A stretch of 11,934 bases of DNA from Leptolyngbyaceae cyanobacterium (GCA_965263355.1 CBDHHL010000044.1:1-11934), one strand, 5' to 3'; counted from the stretch's first letter, positions 1-8,324 are shown. Notes: a model not told the origin generated them from the letters alone. Numbers and translations are program-made.

Positions 1-304
1 TTTGAGATGTCATGGTCCTCTCAGGATGATCAAACTTGGGGACAAAAAGTCGAGAAATCCGAGGCCCATTAAGGGGCTAACGACAGGGGTAGATGCGTCA
101 GTTACTACTATTTAATACGGTGAACCAGGTAAATCTATGCACATTTCTACCAATCTCATATCAGCTTTCTGTCTGACTCAATAAATGACCAAACTGCTCC
201 TGCAAATCATTCCTTATAGTGAAGTAAATTCACATTGCTAGTGCGTAGTATAGGATTCAAAAAATTGGCATAAAAACGTTACAAAATATTTCACCACTTA
301 ACAC

Positions 305-1489
305 TCACGTATCCAACCTTAATTTACTTCCCAAGTTTGACAGACCATTGCCTGATAGAGCTTCTGTTTCTTCTCCACTAAACCATTTACGGTTGAGTTG
401 TTGTAGAAAGCCCTGCTGCTGGTATACCAAAATTAACTGATCGATGCCTTCTAAGAGATTTGTGTCATTTTCCCGGACGGCGATGCCGTACCCTTCACTC
501 GTTAACAATGTACCGGCTAACTTAAACGAGTCAGGATTCAGATTAACAAAGTGACGTAATACAGGAGCATCCTGCACTAAACCCTTAATTACTCCATCTT
601 CCAATGCAGTAACGGCGGTTTCAAACGTTGGATAGGTTAACAACTCCACAGGTTGACTCCTTAAAAAGCCTTCTCCTGTAGTACCCGTTAAAGCACCTAT
701 CGGCTCCCCCCTGAGGGCGGTCAAATCCAGCTCATTTTCGCTCAGCTGATACACAGTTAATGACGCAATAAAGTCCGCTACAATGAAGAAACTGAGGCCC
801 ATCCATAGGGTAGCAATCAAACGACCGGCAAATTTTGTCGGTGTAACATCGCCATAGCCAAAGGTGCCTAACGTAACTACAGCAAACCAAATTCCCTGAC
901 TGACTCCTTGAATCGGATTGCCTGAAAAATGAGCATTATGCTTACGTTCTGCTAGCCAGATTAAACTACCTACAAGCGTACTACTACCAAATATTACACA
1001 GATAGAGCGTAGATGACGCCAATTCAGCATATTGCTAGCAAAAGTGGCCATAGTCGTTTCAGGCTTAGCCACCATCAACTGCAGGCCTGATTGATAAAAC
1101 GGATATGAAAAATCTAAGCCCTCGGCTTCTCGTTGCGCGGTGACTGAAATACCGGCAATAGCGACATCTACTTCACCGGTTTTTAGACCAGTCAGCAGAG
1201 CCGTAACCGATGGATAGGTGACCCATTCCGTTTCTATCACTAGATCATCAGCGATACTTTGCCAAAGGTCGATACTGTAACCATAAGGCGGTGTAGATGG
1301 TTTCAAGGACACAAAGGGCGGCAGTTCTTTTGTCCCAACACGAATCACTGACCTGGGTTGGCCTGGACGTATGGGCAACGCCTGAAATGCTTGTGACTCA
1401 GACGTTTGCATTGATTGACTAAAAATCGATAAGGGAGCTAACCATAGCCCTATGGTAGTTACAAGCAATGCACCAATGGGTCTGAACAT
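305..1489 (-). CDS. GluR0-like amino-acid (glutamate)-gated potassium channel: SBP family 3 ligand-binding domain split by an Ion_trans_2 pore
   Basis: 394 aa. N-terminal signal-like segment; S1 lobe (VGTKELPPFV, GYSIDLW, DVAIAGISVTAQRE, DFSYPFYQSGL); TM1; pore helix and filter WFAVVTLGTFGYGD; TM2; S2 lobe (GTTG, VQDAPVL, YGIAV, LNRKWF). S1-M1-P-M2-S2 is the prokaryotic GluR0 architecture. Confidence 0.88.
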   Translation of the reverse strand: MFRPIGALLVTTIGLWLAPLSIFSQSMQTSESQAFQALPIRPGQPRSVIRVGTKELPPFVSLKPSTPPYGYSIDLWQSIADDLVIETEWVTYPSVTALLTGLKTGEVDVAIAGISVTAQREAEGLDFSYPFYQSGLQLMVAKPETTMATFASNMLNWRHLRSICVIFGSSTLVGSLIWLAERKHNAHFSGNPIQGVSQGIWFAVVTLGTFGYGDVTPTKFAGRLIATLWMGLSFFIVADFIASLTVYQLSENELDLTALRGEPIGALTGTTGEGFLRSQPVELLTYPTFETAVTALEDGVIKGLVQDAPVLRHFVNLNPDSFKLAGTLLTSEGYGIAVRENDTNLLEGIDQLILVYQQQGFLQQLNRKWFSGEETEALSGNGLSNLGSKLRLDT

Positions 1490-1768
1490 ACCTCACAAGG
1501 TTTTAACGATTGGCAAGTGCTTACTTGAAATCAAGATCTAGCTTCAATTCCAGTGGATAGATGCAAAATTAAGTTTATTCATCGAGTTTCATATAGCTAA
1601 GAGATATTGTGAAGAGGTTTTAATGGATATTATGCTAGCGCCATTTTTTGACACCGTAAACTGTCTAATATGAAATCCTGCTTGATAGATCGGTACTATC
1701 GGGCTGGCACAAGGCACAGCCAGATTTTAACTGGACATGGTTCAGATAAAATATCCCGACAAGACACC

Positions 1769-2668
1769 CTATAAGGTGCAGCAATCGACGAATGGCAGTT
1801 GGGCAAAATCTTCGAGATCAACTGACTCTAGTAGGCTATACCAATCGTTAGCAAGGTTAATATTGTCAGGATCTGCTCGATAAAGCTGACCTAATAGGGT
1901 AACGGCTTCTTGCCAAAGACCATTGCGAGCATATATGACAGCCTGGTCCCGAGGGCTAGCTTCAGCCAGAGGTAGACGTAAGTCTGGATCTAAGGGGACC
2001 CGCTCAATTGTTCCAGAGACATCCTGAAAATCATCGGCATCATCTTCAACGAGCAAAAGCCATTTATAGCGGTTATTCATTTGGAGTGCTAGTGGTAAGG
2101 TTACCTGCACGATACCCATACCACTAGCACTATTGATGGATACGTTGGCTTGGTAAAGCTGTTTTTCGTCTTCATCACTCAAGGTAAATTCTAAGGTAAT
2201 AGCATCCAGGTCATAGGGAATGTAAAACCAAAGGGTCGGTCTATCTTGGGTAGTCAGGCTTAGGACTGACTCGTAGGTATTAGTAACTAACCCTTCTGAG
2301 TTACTTTCAAAGGGGGTATGGGTCGCTGGTGTGAGAGCAGTCAGAGTGACTACACAAGTCCCTTGGCTATTGCCATTGTCTAGACTCTCGTTACCCGCTG
2401 AATGGTTGTTATCTTCTAGGCAACCTCGGCTACCCCCACCTCTACGTCCAGGGGGGGCTCCCCGATCCGCCAAAATAGGGGCATTGTAGTTGTAAGCCAC
2501 TTCTCCAATTGCATCTACCGAGAGAACGCTTAGCTCAGCTAGCCCTTGCTGAGTAGACGCTGGATTCTCGTCAGCCGATTCAGCCTGTACGCTGGTTGTA
2601 GAGAGCAGGGCCGTCGAACAGACAAAGGCACTGCTCAGTAGATAAGAAAGCATATGAGATAATTTCAT
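1769..2668 (-). CDS. DUF928 domain-containing exported protein
   Basis: 299 aa with a signal peptide (…SVQA|ES), the RGAPPGRRGGGSRG motif, RPTLWFYIPY, YARNGLWQEA and a C-terminal PFVDCC, all typical of cyanobacterial DUF928 proteins. Its start overlaps the upstream stop (ATGA, 2665-2668). Confidence 0.85.
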   Translation of the reverse strand: MKLSHMLSYLLSSAFVCSTALLSTTSVQAESADENPASTQQGLAELSVLSVDAIGEVAYNYNAPILADRGAPPGRRGGGSRGCLEDNNHSAGNESLDNGNSQGTCVVTLTALTPATHTPFESNSEGLVTNTYESVLSLTTQDRPTLWFYIPYDLDAITLEFTLSDEDEKQLYQANVSINSASGMGIVQVTLPLALQMNNRYKWLLLVEDDADDFQDVSGTIERVPLDPDLRLPLAEASPRDQAVIYARNGLWQEAVTLLGQLYRADPDNINLANDWYSLLESVDLEDFAQLPFVDCCTL

Positions 2669-5103
2669 GGGACCTCTTTCGTCATTGTGTTTGTTTGAGA
2701 CAACCTCAAATGTTCAGTTATAGGGATGCTACTGGCGATGGTCAATAATAGAATTGCTGGAGGAACCCAGGGCACCCAATAATGAGACTTGACAAGTAGT
2801 AACCCACAGATGCCCAATAGACCTAATTCTGTTCCCAATAGGGTGAATACCCAATAAGTGATGCCATGGCGGTAGGTTTTGCCAAGACTGAACATGGTCA
2901 GGATAATGATCAGGCTACCCAGACATCCCCACAACACAATCCAAAGAGTCTCACCCCATTCTGGCCAAGTTTTTAATAATGGCCGATTATCTAAAACTGC
3001 GCTGAGAAGATGACTGATCATTTGAGCTTGCAAAAATACCCCGCTGGTTTGATGTTCCACCCTGGGGCTTTGGCTATAGGGGGTGAGCCAATAATCGCCA
3101 AAACTTTTGTCGGTGGTGCCAATTAAGACAATGCGATCGCGAATTAACGCTGGTGACACCTTCCCTTCCCGTAGGTCAGTGAGGGTAACGTGTTGAGCAA
3201 TTTGATCGGGACTATCTAGCCGACGATAATTTAATAATAGCTGATGGCCCCAGGCTTCGATACCCCGATAGCCACCTTCGTTGGTTTCGATGGGAGTAAA
3301 AATAAGATTACCCAGTTGTAAATAACCTTCGGGGGAAGCCTGAATCGTCACCTTTTCTGCTGAGAGATAGCTAAAGGCCAATTTTGCACTTAAACTATGG
3401 GTCGCTAGACAGGAGGAAGCAGGATCTGGAGTTAGGGCCAACAGCTGTCGTCGCAAGACTCCATCCGCATCGGCAATAAAATCACTAAACCCAATTCTGT
3501 CTTCAGGCACTTCGGGGGGTGGTGCAATACCATCACTGTTGGCTTGAGCATCACGACTCTTGCAGATAGTAACAAGCTCATTATGGGCTGTCAGCTGTTC
3601 AGCTAATTCAGGGAAGCTAGACAAGACTGGAAAATCTCGATAAATATCTAAGCCAATTACCCGAGGTTCCATCGTTTCTAAGTGTTTCAAACTGTCTAAT
3701 AACGCTTGATCTGAGAGAGACCCACGGGGCTGTTCATCCTTTTGAGCCTGAACATCTTTTTCTGTAATCTTAACCACCACCAGACGAGGGTCAGGCAACT
3801 CTTTAGAACGCATTTTTATAAAGCTGTCGAAGGCTTTTAACTCCAGCCCCTGAAATAGACCCATGTAGCGAAGACCAATAATTGCGATAGTGAACACAGC
3901 ATGGGTAAGCAACATTAAACCAGGTCTAGGAACAGGCGGAGGTGGCGGTGGCAACGGTGGCACCTGCGGTGACAGTTGGATGAATTCATGCCACAGGGGG
4001 GGACTATGGGCCGGATTTTGATAGATGGTAGGAAGCCAAGAGGCACAGGGGAATATATCTTCTAACCCTTGTAACTTCTCTCGCGCTTCTCTCATTGCTA
4101 AATATAACGTCTCTCCCCGAGAAAAGGCTTCTAAAAAGGCTTTTAGAAATGTGTGGGCTACTCGATCAGACACCACTTCTTGCATCACAAGAATTTGGGG
4201 AATTTGTAAATCTGCCAGGGATTGGGCTAACCCGAGCCCATCACAAGAGTTAAAAATGGCAACCTTAAGCCCCCGTGCCAAGGCCGTTTGTAACGCATTT
4301 TTAAGTTGAGGAATGGTAATGACATCGGTTGAACTAATGTGCAAGAGTCCAGTTGAATTGTTCTTATTTGCAGGCGATGAACTCACTTGTTTCCAGTCTG
4401 CCTGGCTAGAGCTATGGCCTGCGAAAAATAATATATCCCAGCCTTGGGTGTCCCAGAGATGGGTATCCAGGGTTTGGCGGTCGGGTTCTGTTAAACAATG
4501 GATGTCTGTGTTGGGTAAATGATTGAGCAATGCTAAATCTGTTTCAATGTCTAACCCCTGACTATCGCCTAATACGGCTAAAATACGGACCTGATTTCGA
4601 GTTTTGGTAACGGCAGGAGTCCTTTTTTCATAAATAGGGGCGCTAAGGGCAATTTCCAGGTGGGGATAGCGATCGCAAATATCCCACCGATGCCAGGGGA
4701 GACGCTGCACAATATCCTGTTGAGTTTGCACAATTAACCGAATGGTATCGTTTGGACTCAATTGCTCCAACAGCTTGTCTTGGACAGGACGAAATGACTC
4801 TGCACGTAACCATTGGTTAAAGGCCCGTTGCAGCTTTTCAGCCAGGTCATAACAGTCTTCTACATAGGACACATTAGTAGCAAACCCGGTTGAACTCTTG
4901 CCCAGCCGAAAAGGCCCAGGGCCACTTAATTGGCGATAAGCGACCTGCCATTGCTGATAATGCGATCGCAAGTCTGGTGCAGCAGGTAAGTGGCCTATAA
5001 CTTCAGTGATGGGTATCTCGTTTTCATAGCCAACTTGTAGGTTCACCGAAAAGCCAGTGCCTAAACTACCATCATTTAGTTTTAAGGTGACACGCTTATC
5101 CAT
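2665..5103 (-). CDS. CHAT (caspase-like protease) + CHASE2 transmembrane sensor protein
   Basis: 812 aa. N-terminal CHAT region with LPWHRWD, WDILFFAGHS (His230) and AIFNSCDG (Cys287); proline linker; TM; CHASE2 motifs (LELKAFD, DPRLVVVKITEKD, PRVIGLDIYRD, GFSDFIADADGVLRRQLL, DRIVLIG, GVFLQAQMISHLL); three C-terminal TMs and no further cytoplasmic domain. Confidence 0.9.
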   Translation of the reverse strand: MDKRVTLKLNDGSLGTGFSVNLQVGYENEIPITEVIGHLPAAPDLRSHYQQWQVAYRQLSGPGPFRLGKSSTGFATNVSYVEDCYDLAEKLQRAFNQWLRAESFRPVQDKLLEQLSPNDTIRLIVQTQQDIVQRLPWHRWDICDRYPHLEIALSAPIYEKRTPAVTKTRNQVRILAVLGDSQGLDIETDLALLNHLPNTDIHCLTEPDRQTLDTHLWDTQGWDILFFAGHSSSQADWKQVSSSPANKNNSTGLLHISSTDVITIPQLKNALQTALARGLKVAIFNSCDGLGLAQSLADLQIPQILVMQEVVSDRVAHTFLKAFLEAFSRGETLYLAMREAREKLQGLEDIFPCASWLPTIYQNPAHSPPLWHEFIQLSPQVPPLPPPPPPVPRPGLMLLTHAVFTIAIIGLRYMGLFQGLELKAFDSFIKMRSKELPDPRLVVVKITEKDVQAQKDEQPRGSLSDQALLDSLKHLETMEPRVIGLDIYRDFPVLSSFPELAEQLTAHNELVTICKSRDAQANSDGIAPPPEVPEDRIGFSDFIADADGVLRRQLLALTPDPASSCLATHSLSAKLAFSYLSAEKVTIQASPEGYLQLGNLIFTPIETNEGGYRGIEAWGHQLLLNYRRLDSPDQIAQHVTLTDLREGKVSPALIRDRIVLIGTTDKSFGDYWLTPYSQSPRVEHQTSGVFLQAQMISHLLSAVLDNRPLLKTWPEWGETLWIVLWGCLGSLIIILTMFSLGKTYRHGITYWVFTLLGTELGLLGICGLLLVKSHYWVPWVPPAILLLTIASSIPITEHLRLSQTNTMTKEVP
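3133..4969. repeat. Three HIP1 octamers (GCGATCGC) at 3133-3140, 4669-4676 and 4962-4969
   Basis: Exact palindromic octamers seen in the sequence; HIP1 is a cyanobacterial genome signature. Confidence 0.8.
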
Positions 5104-5112
5104 TCACCCGCC

Positions 5113-6153
5113 TTAGACGATAAATTGTTCCGAATGGTAGATATCTTCCAATTTAAGCTGAGTTGTAAAGGGCTCACCCAGTTTGCCCGTAAACTGTAGC
5201 TGAATGTAATTATCGGCTTGCCGCGCTTGAGCTTGCATAAACACCTCCCCAGATCCATCTATGATCAACAATTCTAAATCTGGAGGTAAACAAGGTTGGT
5301 CAACCGGATAAGCTTGCACGCTGATGTGAATTTCATCCATCGTCTGAGATTGTAAGCGGATCAACAGTAAAACCCGTTGCATTCCTAGTCGCACAGCCAG
5401 GTTAAGCAGTTTACCTCTATGCACACTCGCCCCAGTCTCTTCAGTCAATTGGCTACTGAGAGGACGTTGGTGATCAAATTCAGAACTTTGAGGGTCAGGG
5501 CCCCTATGACTGAATGCGGGGGTTAAGCTGACCGTACCTAAGAGTTCTTCAAGGGTTTGCCAGCCATTGTCACTAGCATCGACAATACTATCAAACCAAT
5601 GACTCAGGGTTGCCAAGGGGCTACGATTCGCTTCCGTTTGGAGGCTAGCTGGCACTGGCGTTAAGCTATGAAGATGATCAATCAGCTCTTCTGGAGGCTT
5701 GAGATCGCTTAGTGCCAGGGTTTCATTGGTAACGTTTGAGGTAAACCCCAACAATCGGGCCGTTTGTAAATCTTCACTCAATTCCACTACGCTATAGCCT
5801 ACCCGCAATGCCCATGTTTCAGGCGGAACAGCACAAGTCGTTGAGGGTGCGTATGTAGGGCGACATTCTAATCGTCCCATACCAGGGAGGACTAGATCGG
5901 CCACATCAGCCATCAGTTGTACCGCCGGATTCCAGCTATCACTACTGACCAAATCAGTTGCAATTTCTAGCATCTGGCAATAATCATTCATTGCCCAAAC
6001 GGCTAGCGTATTGGCGTACACCTGTCTGGCTTTGGCTACCGATGGTTGCTTGGCCGCAAATTGCTCTGCCTGCTCATGCGCCTCTGCTGTAATTGGCAAC
6101 GGCACGGCCATGGCATAAATCTTATCTAAACTCTTGCTCATAATAATCCCCAT
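5113..6153 (-). CDS. DUF1822 family protein (candidate anti-sigma/adaptor)
   Basis: 346 aa (alternative ATG at 6141). Family motifs: QVYANTLAVWAMNDY, SDSWNP, ADLVLPGMGRLECRP, VPPETWALRVGY, ARLLGF, TLSHWF…GWQTLEELL, and C-terminal LPPDLELLIID…DNYIQLQFTGKLGEPF. Ends 9 nt before the CHAT-CHASE2 start. Confidence 0.85.
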   Translation of the reverse strand: MGIIMSKSLDKIYAMAVPLPITAEAHEQAEQFAAKQPSVAKARQVYANTLAVWAMNDYCQMLEIATDLVSSDSWNPAVQLMADVADLVLPGMGRLECRPTYAPSTTCAVPPETWALRVGYSVVELSEDLQTARLLGFTSNVTNETLALSDLKPPEELIDHLHSLTPVPASLQTEANRSPLATLSHWFDSIVDASDNGWQTLEELLGTVSLTPAFSHRGPDPQSSEFDHQRPLSSQLTEETGASVHRGKLLNLAVRLGMQRVLLLIRLQSQTMDEIHISVQAYPVDQPCLPPDLELLIIDGSGEVFMQAQARQADNYIQLQFTGKLGEPFTTQLKLEDIYHSEQFIV

Positions 6154-6201
6154 TCTTTTGCACAGTGACAGCTTATTTAGTGTGTTTCGGTATTGGTTTC
6201 G

Positions 6202-6837
6202 TTATAAATAGCCTTGATTTTGGCCAAATTCTCGCAAGAGGGGCATGCACTGACGCTGATAAAAGCTGGCTAAAGTACCAATAGAGACATTTAAATCTGC
6301 TGCCAATACTTTCCAAGGCGCTTCAGGGGGCAATCGTCTTAAAATCAACAAGCGGGCAGTAATATTGGGATGACCCAAAATATGAATCTGTTGAAGTCGC
6401 GGGTCTGTCTCAGCCCACTGTTTCACGTCCTGTAACATTGGTGGAATATCAGGTTTAGCCTCTAATAGATCAATTGGGTCAGTAGGGGGATTGTCTCCCA
6501 TTAGATTAAATAGAGGTTTTGCCTTTTGCTTGTTTTCGGTTGTTTTAGCAATGTACTTATCTTGTAAACGACGTTTCAAGTAAGCGTTTAACCAAGTGAT
6601 AAGACTAGCTTTTTGTGGATCGTAAACTTTGCCAGTTTTGGCTTCACATAGATTTTGACAAAAGTAAATCCAGGTCTGCTGCAAAGCGTCTTGATAATAG
6701 GAGACGTTTTCATTCCAAAGTTTATCTGACACCAGCCGAATGATTTGGGTCAAACGCTTTTGGCGTTGAGCACTCCCTATTCGGTGACGACACGCGTCAG
6801 CAATTAGGGCTTGAATATGTTCCTGGAAGTTGTCCAT
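6202..6837 (-). CDS. Atypical small sigma-70 family (ECF-like) RNA polymerase sigma factor
   Basis: About 211 aa (ATG 6837; in-frame TTG at 6840). Region-2-like segment YYQDALQQTWIYFCQNL…YDPQKASLITWLNAYLKRRLQD and a C-terminal region-4-like HTH PWKVLAADLNVSIGTLASFYQRQC. First gene of the operon. Confidence 0.75.
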   Translation of the reverse strand: MDNFQEHIQALIADACRHRIGSAQRQKRLTQIIRLVSDKLWNENVSYYQDALQQTWIYFCQNLCEAKTGKVYDPQKASLITWLNAYLKRRLQDKYIAKTTENKQKAKPLFNLMGDNPPTDPIDLLEAKPDIPPMLQDVKQWAETDPRLQQIHILGHPNITARLLILRRLPPEAPWKVLAADLNVSIGTLASFYQRQCMPLLREFGQNQGYL

Positions 6838-6880
6838 CAAAAATTATCACTCGTTACAAGGAGCAATAGTTAGCGACCTC

Positions 6881-6917
6881 TACATAACCTATCAGAGGTA
6901 ATCACAAAAATCATGCA
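6881..6917 (-). promoter_or_regulatory. Variant of the repeated bipartite promoter-like motif, upstream of the sigma gene
   Basis: Minus strand reads TGCATGATTTTTGTGATTACCTCTGATAGGTTATGTA. TGCA and TGATAGGTTA sit at the same 23-nt offset as in three of the four plus-strand copies; the site ends 43 nt before ATG 6837. Confidence 0.5.
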
Positions 6918-7009
6918 TCAGGCAGCGCTATACATAAAAATCAGCATATCTCCTACCTATTAAATGAAAAACAGCCCATAGCAGGTGATTAGCACAATAT
7001 TTGAGCTAC

Positions 7010-7046
7010 TGCAAAAAAGCTGAAATTTGCCCTGATAGATCAATAG
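7010..7046 (+). promoter_or_regulatory. Bipartite promoter-like motif, copy 1
   Basis: TGCAAAAAAGCTGAAATTTGCCCTGATAGATCAATAG, ending 127 nt upstream of ATG 7174. Confidence 0.75.
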
Positions 7047-7173
7047 GAGGCTTAGACGCTGAATTTATTGATGTTGCCTGTATGCTTCTAACCCAGATGA
7101 ATACAAACCATGGTTGCTTCAATATTACTTAATACATTCAATATTACTGAATACGAACAATGAGCAATAAACG

Positions 7174-7446
7174 ATGAAAAAGGCACGTTATTTAATTTTA
7201 CTAGGTTTCTTTGTTCCCATTATAGGTATAGGCCTGATTGCAGCCTTTATTATGCCTATTTCAATGAATTTAGGGATTTTCCTAAGTTATTTTCTAAGAC
7301 TAACTTCTTTAGTTGTCTTTACTTGGGGATGCGTAGAGTTAGCTAAGGCTAAAGGCTACCATCCGATGTGGGGAGTCTTAGGACTAGGGCTATTGTGGGG
7401 CTTATTAGCTCTTATTCTTTTACCTACAAAAAAGAAAATACGTTGA
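7174..7446 (+). CDS. Small hypothetical membrane protein (about 3 TM)
   Basis: 90 aa with a basic N-terminus, three hydrophobic stretches, a LAKAKGY…WG.LGL…LILLP motif and a basic C-terminus. Confidence 0.7.
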   Translation: MKKARYLILLGFFVPIIGIGLIAAFIMPISMNLGIFLSYFLRLTSLVVFTWGCVELAKAKGYHPMWGVLGLGLLWGLLALILLPTKKKIR

Positions 7447-7489
7447 ATTCTCCTTGAAGTATAAAAGAAAAAAATATTATTTACCAGCA

Positions 7490-8005
7490 ATGACTAAACG
7501 ACAGTCCTTGAATAACTCTAAAAAACTCACTTATTGTCCTATTTACCAATCCTTGGGACGCTTTGTTTTTCTGTTGGCAATTACCTGTGGAACCTACGGT
7601 CTTTATTGGCATTATAAACATTGGTACTGTTTTGGCTATCGTAGATTTAGTGCAGTTTGTTTCACGCTCTTTAGTCCCCTAACAATTTCAGGTCTTGCCA
7701 GACATATTTTTCAATTAGCAAACGATAAAGGGATTAAGGTAGGGATTGAACCTAAAATTTTCTTACTTGCTTATTTTATAGGCAATATTATCTCTTCTCA
7801 AGGGCCAGGACTTTGGTCGCTGTTAGGGCTATTGATGATCGTATTACCAATGCTCTACATGCAACATTGTCTGAACCTTTACTGGGTGCAACAACAGCCT
7901 CAGTGCCAGAAAAGCCTTTTTCTATCTGCAGAAGTCGTGGGTTGGTCAGTTTTAGGCGTAGGGATTTGGATGAGCAGTTTAACAAGTGACATGGGGGCTC
8001 TCTGA
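7490..8005 (+). CDS. DUF4234-like integral membrane protein
   Basis: The ORF track starts at TTG 7454; the in-frame ATG at 7490 is more likely. Motif LLAITCGTYGLYWHYKHW, several TMs, then MQHCLNLYW. Confidence 0.65.
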   Translation: MTKRQSLNNSKKLTYCPIYQSLGRFVFLLAITCGTYGLYWHYKHWYCFGYRRFSAVCFTLFSPLTISGLARHIFQLANDKGIKVGIEPKIFLLAYFIGNIISSQGPGLWSLLGLLMIVLPMLYMQHCLNLYWVQQQPQCQKSLFLSAEVVGWSVLGVGIWMSSLTSDMGAL

Positions 8006-8035
8006 CGTTAGCAATATATTAAAATTCAAGATAAT

Positions 8036-8072
8036 TGCAAAAAAATTGAAATCTTACCTGATAGGTCAATAG
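8036..8072 (+). promoter_or_regulatory. Bipartite promoter-like motif, copy 2
   Basis: TGCAAAAAAATTGAAATCTTACCTGATAGGTCAATAG, 31/37 identical to copy 1, ending 61 nt upstream of ATG 8134. Confidence 0.75.
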
Positions 8073-8250
8073 ACAGATTCAAAAGGCCAAATAAGGTTGA
8101 GCCAGGATGTGATATTGACCCAGGTATTTAACGATGATGAACAATAAGGTTTTCCATATTAATCAAATGTCTACTGTTCAAGTGGCTAACCAGTTAAAAA
8201 AGCTGAAGCTAGAAACAATGCTCAGCATTGCTGATGTTTACTACTATGCT

Positions 8251-8258
8251 AATATCTT
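8251..8258. repeat. IS66 target-site duplication, left (AATATCTT)
   Basis: Identical to 9887-9894 and directly abuts GTAA. Confidence 0.93.
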
Positions 8259-8324
8259 GTAAGCTTTCAGCGGGTCTAAGTTTTGAGAGGTCTCAAGAAG
8301 CCGAGTACCTGGTAGAGTAAGCCT

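Noticed and set aside
1..22. Possible minus-strand gene start at 13 (GAGAGGACC-ATG ACA TCT CAA)
   Set aside because: Only four codons are visible and the RBS spacing is very short, so it cannot be supported from this window.
4025..4522. Plus-strand ORFs 4025-4309 and 4313-4522
   Set aside because: Antisense shadows of the well-supported CHAT-CHASE2 gene, with no recognisable motifs.
6202..6837. Calling the sigma-like gene hetZ or a named sig gene
   Set aside because: The resemblance is only architectural; orthology cannot be established without a search.
6931..6968. Second TACATAA…ATCAG near-repeat 50 nt from the first, considered as a tandem promoter
   Set aside because: It lacks the purine run after TGAT and has no TGCA at the 22-23 nt offset; plausible by chance in AT-rich DNA.
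7788..7985. 65-aa minus-strand ORF
   Set aside because: Antisense to the DUF4234-like gene, with no independent support.
8134..8258. Reconstructed small ORF as a double-glycine bacteriocin/RiPP precursor (LKKLKLETMLSIAD)
   Set aside because: No GG/GA cleavage motif, and no modification enzyme or peptidase-transporter gene in the window.
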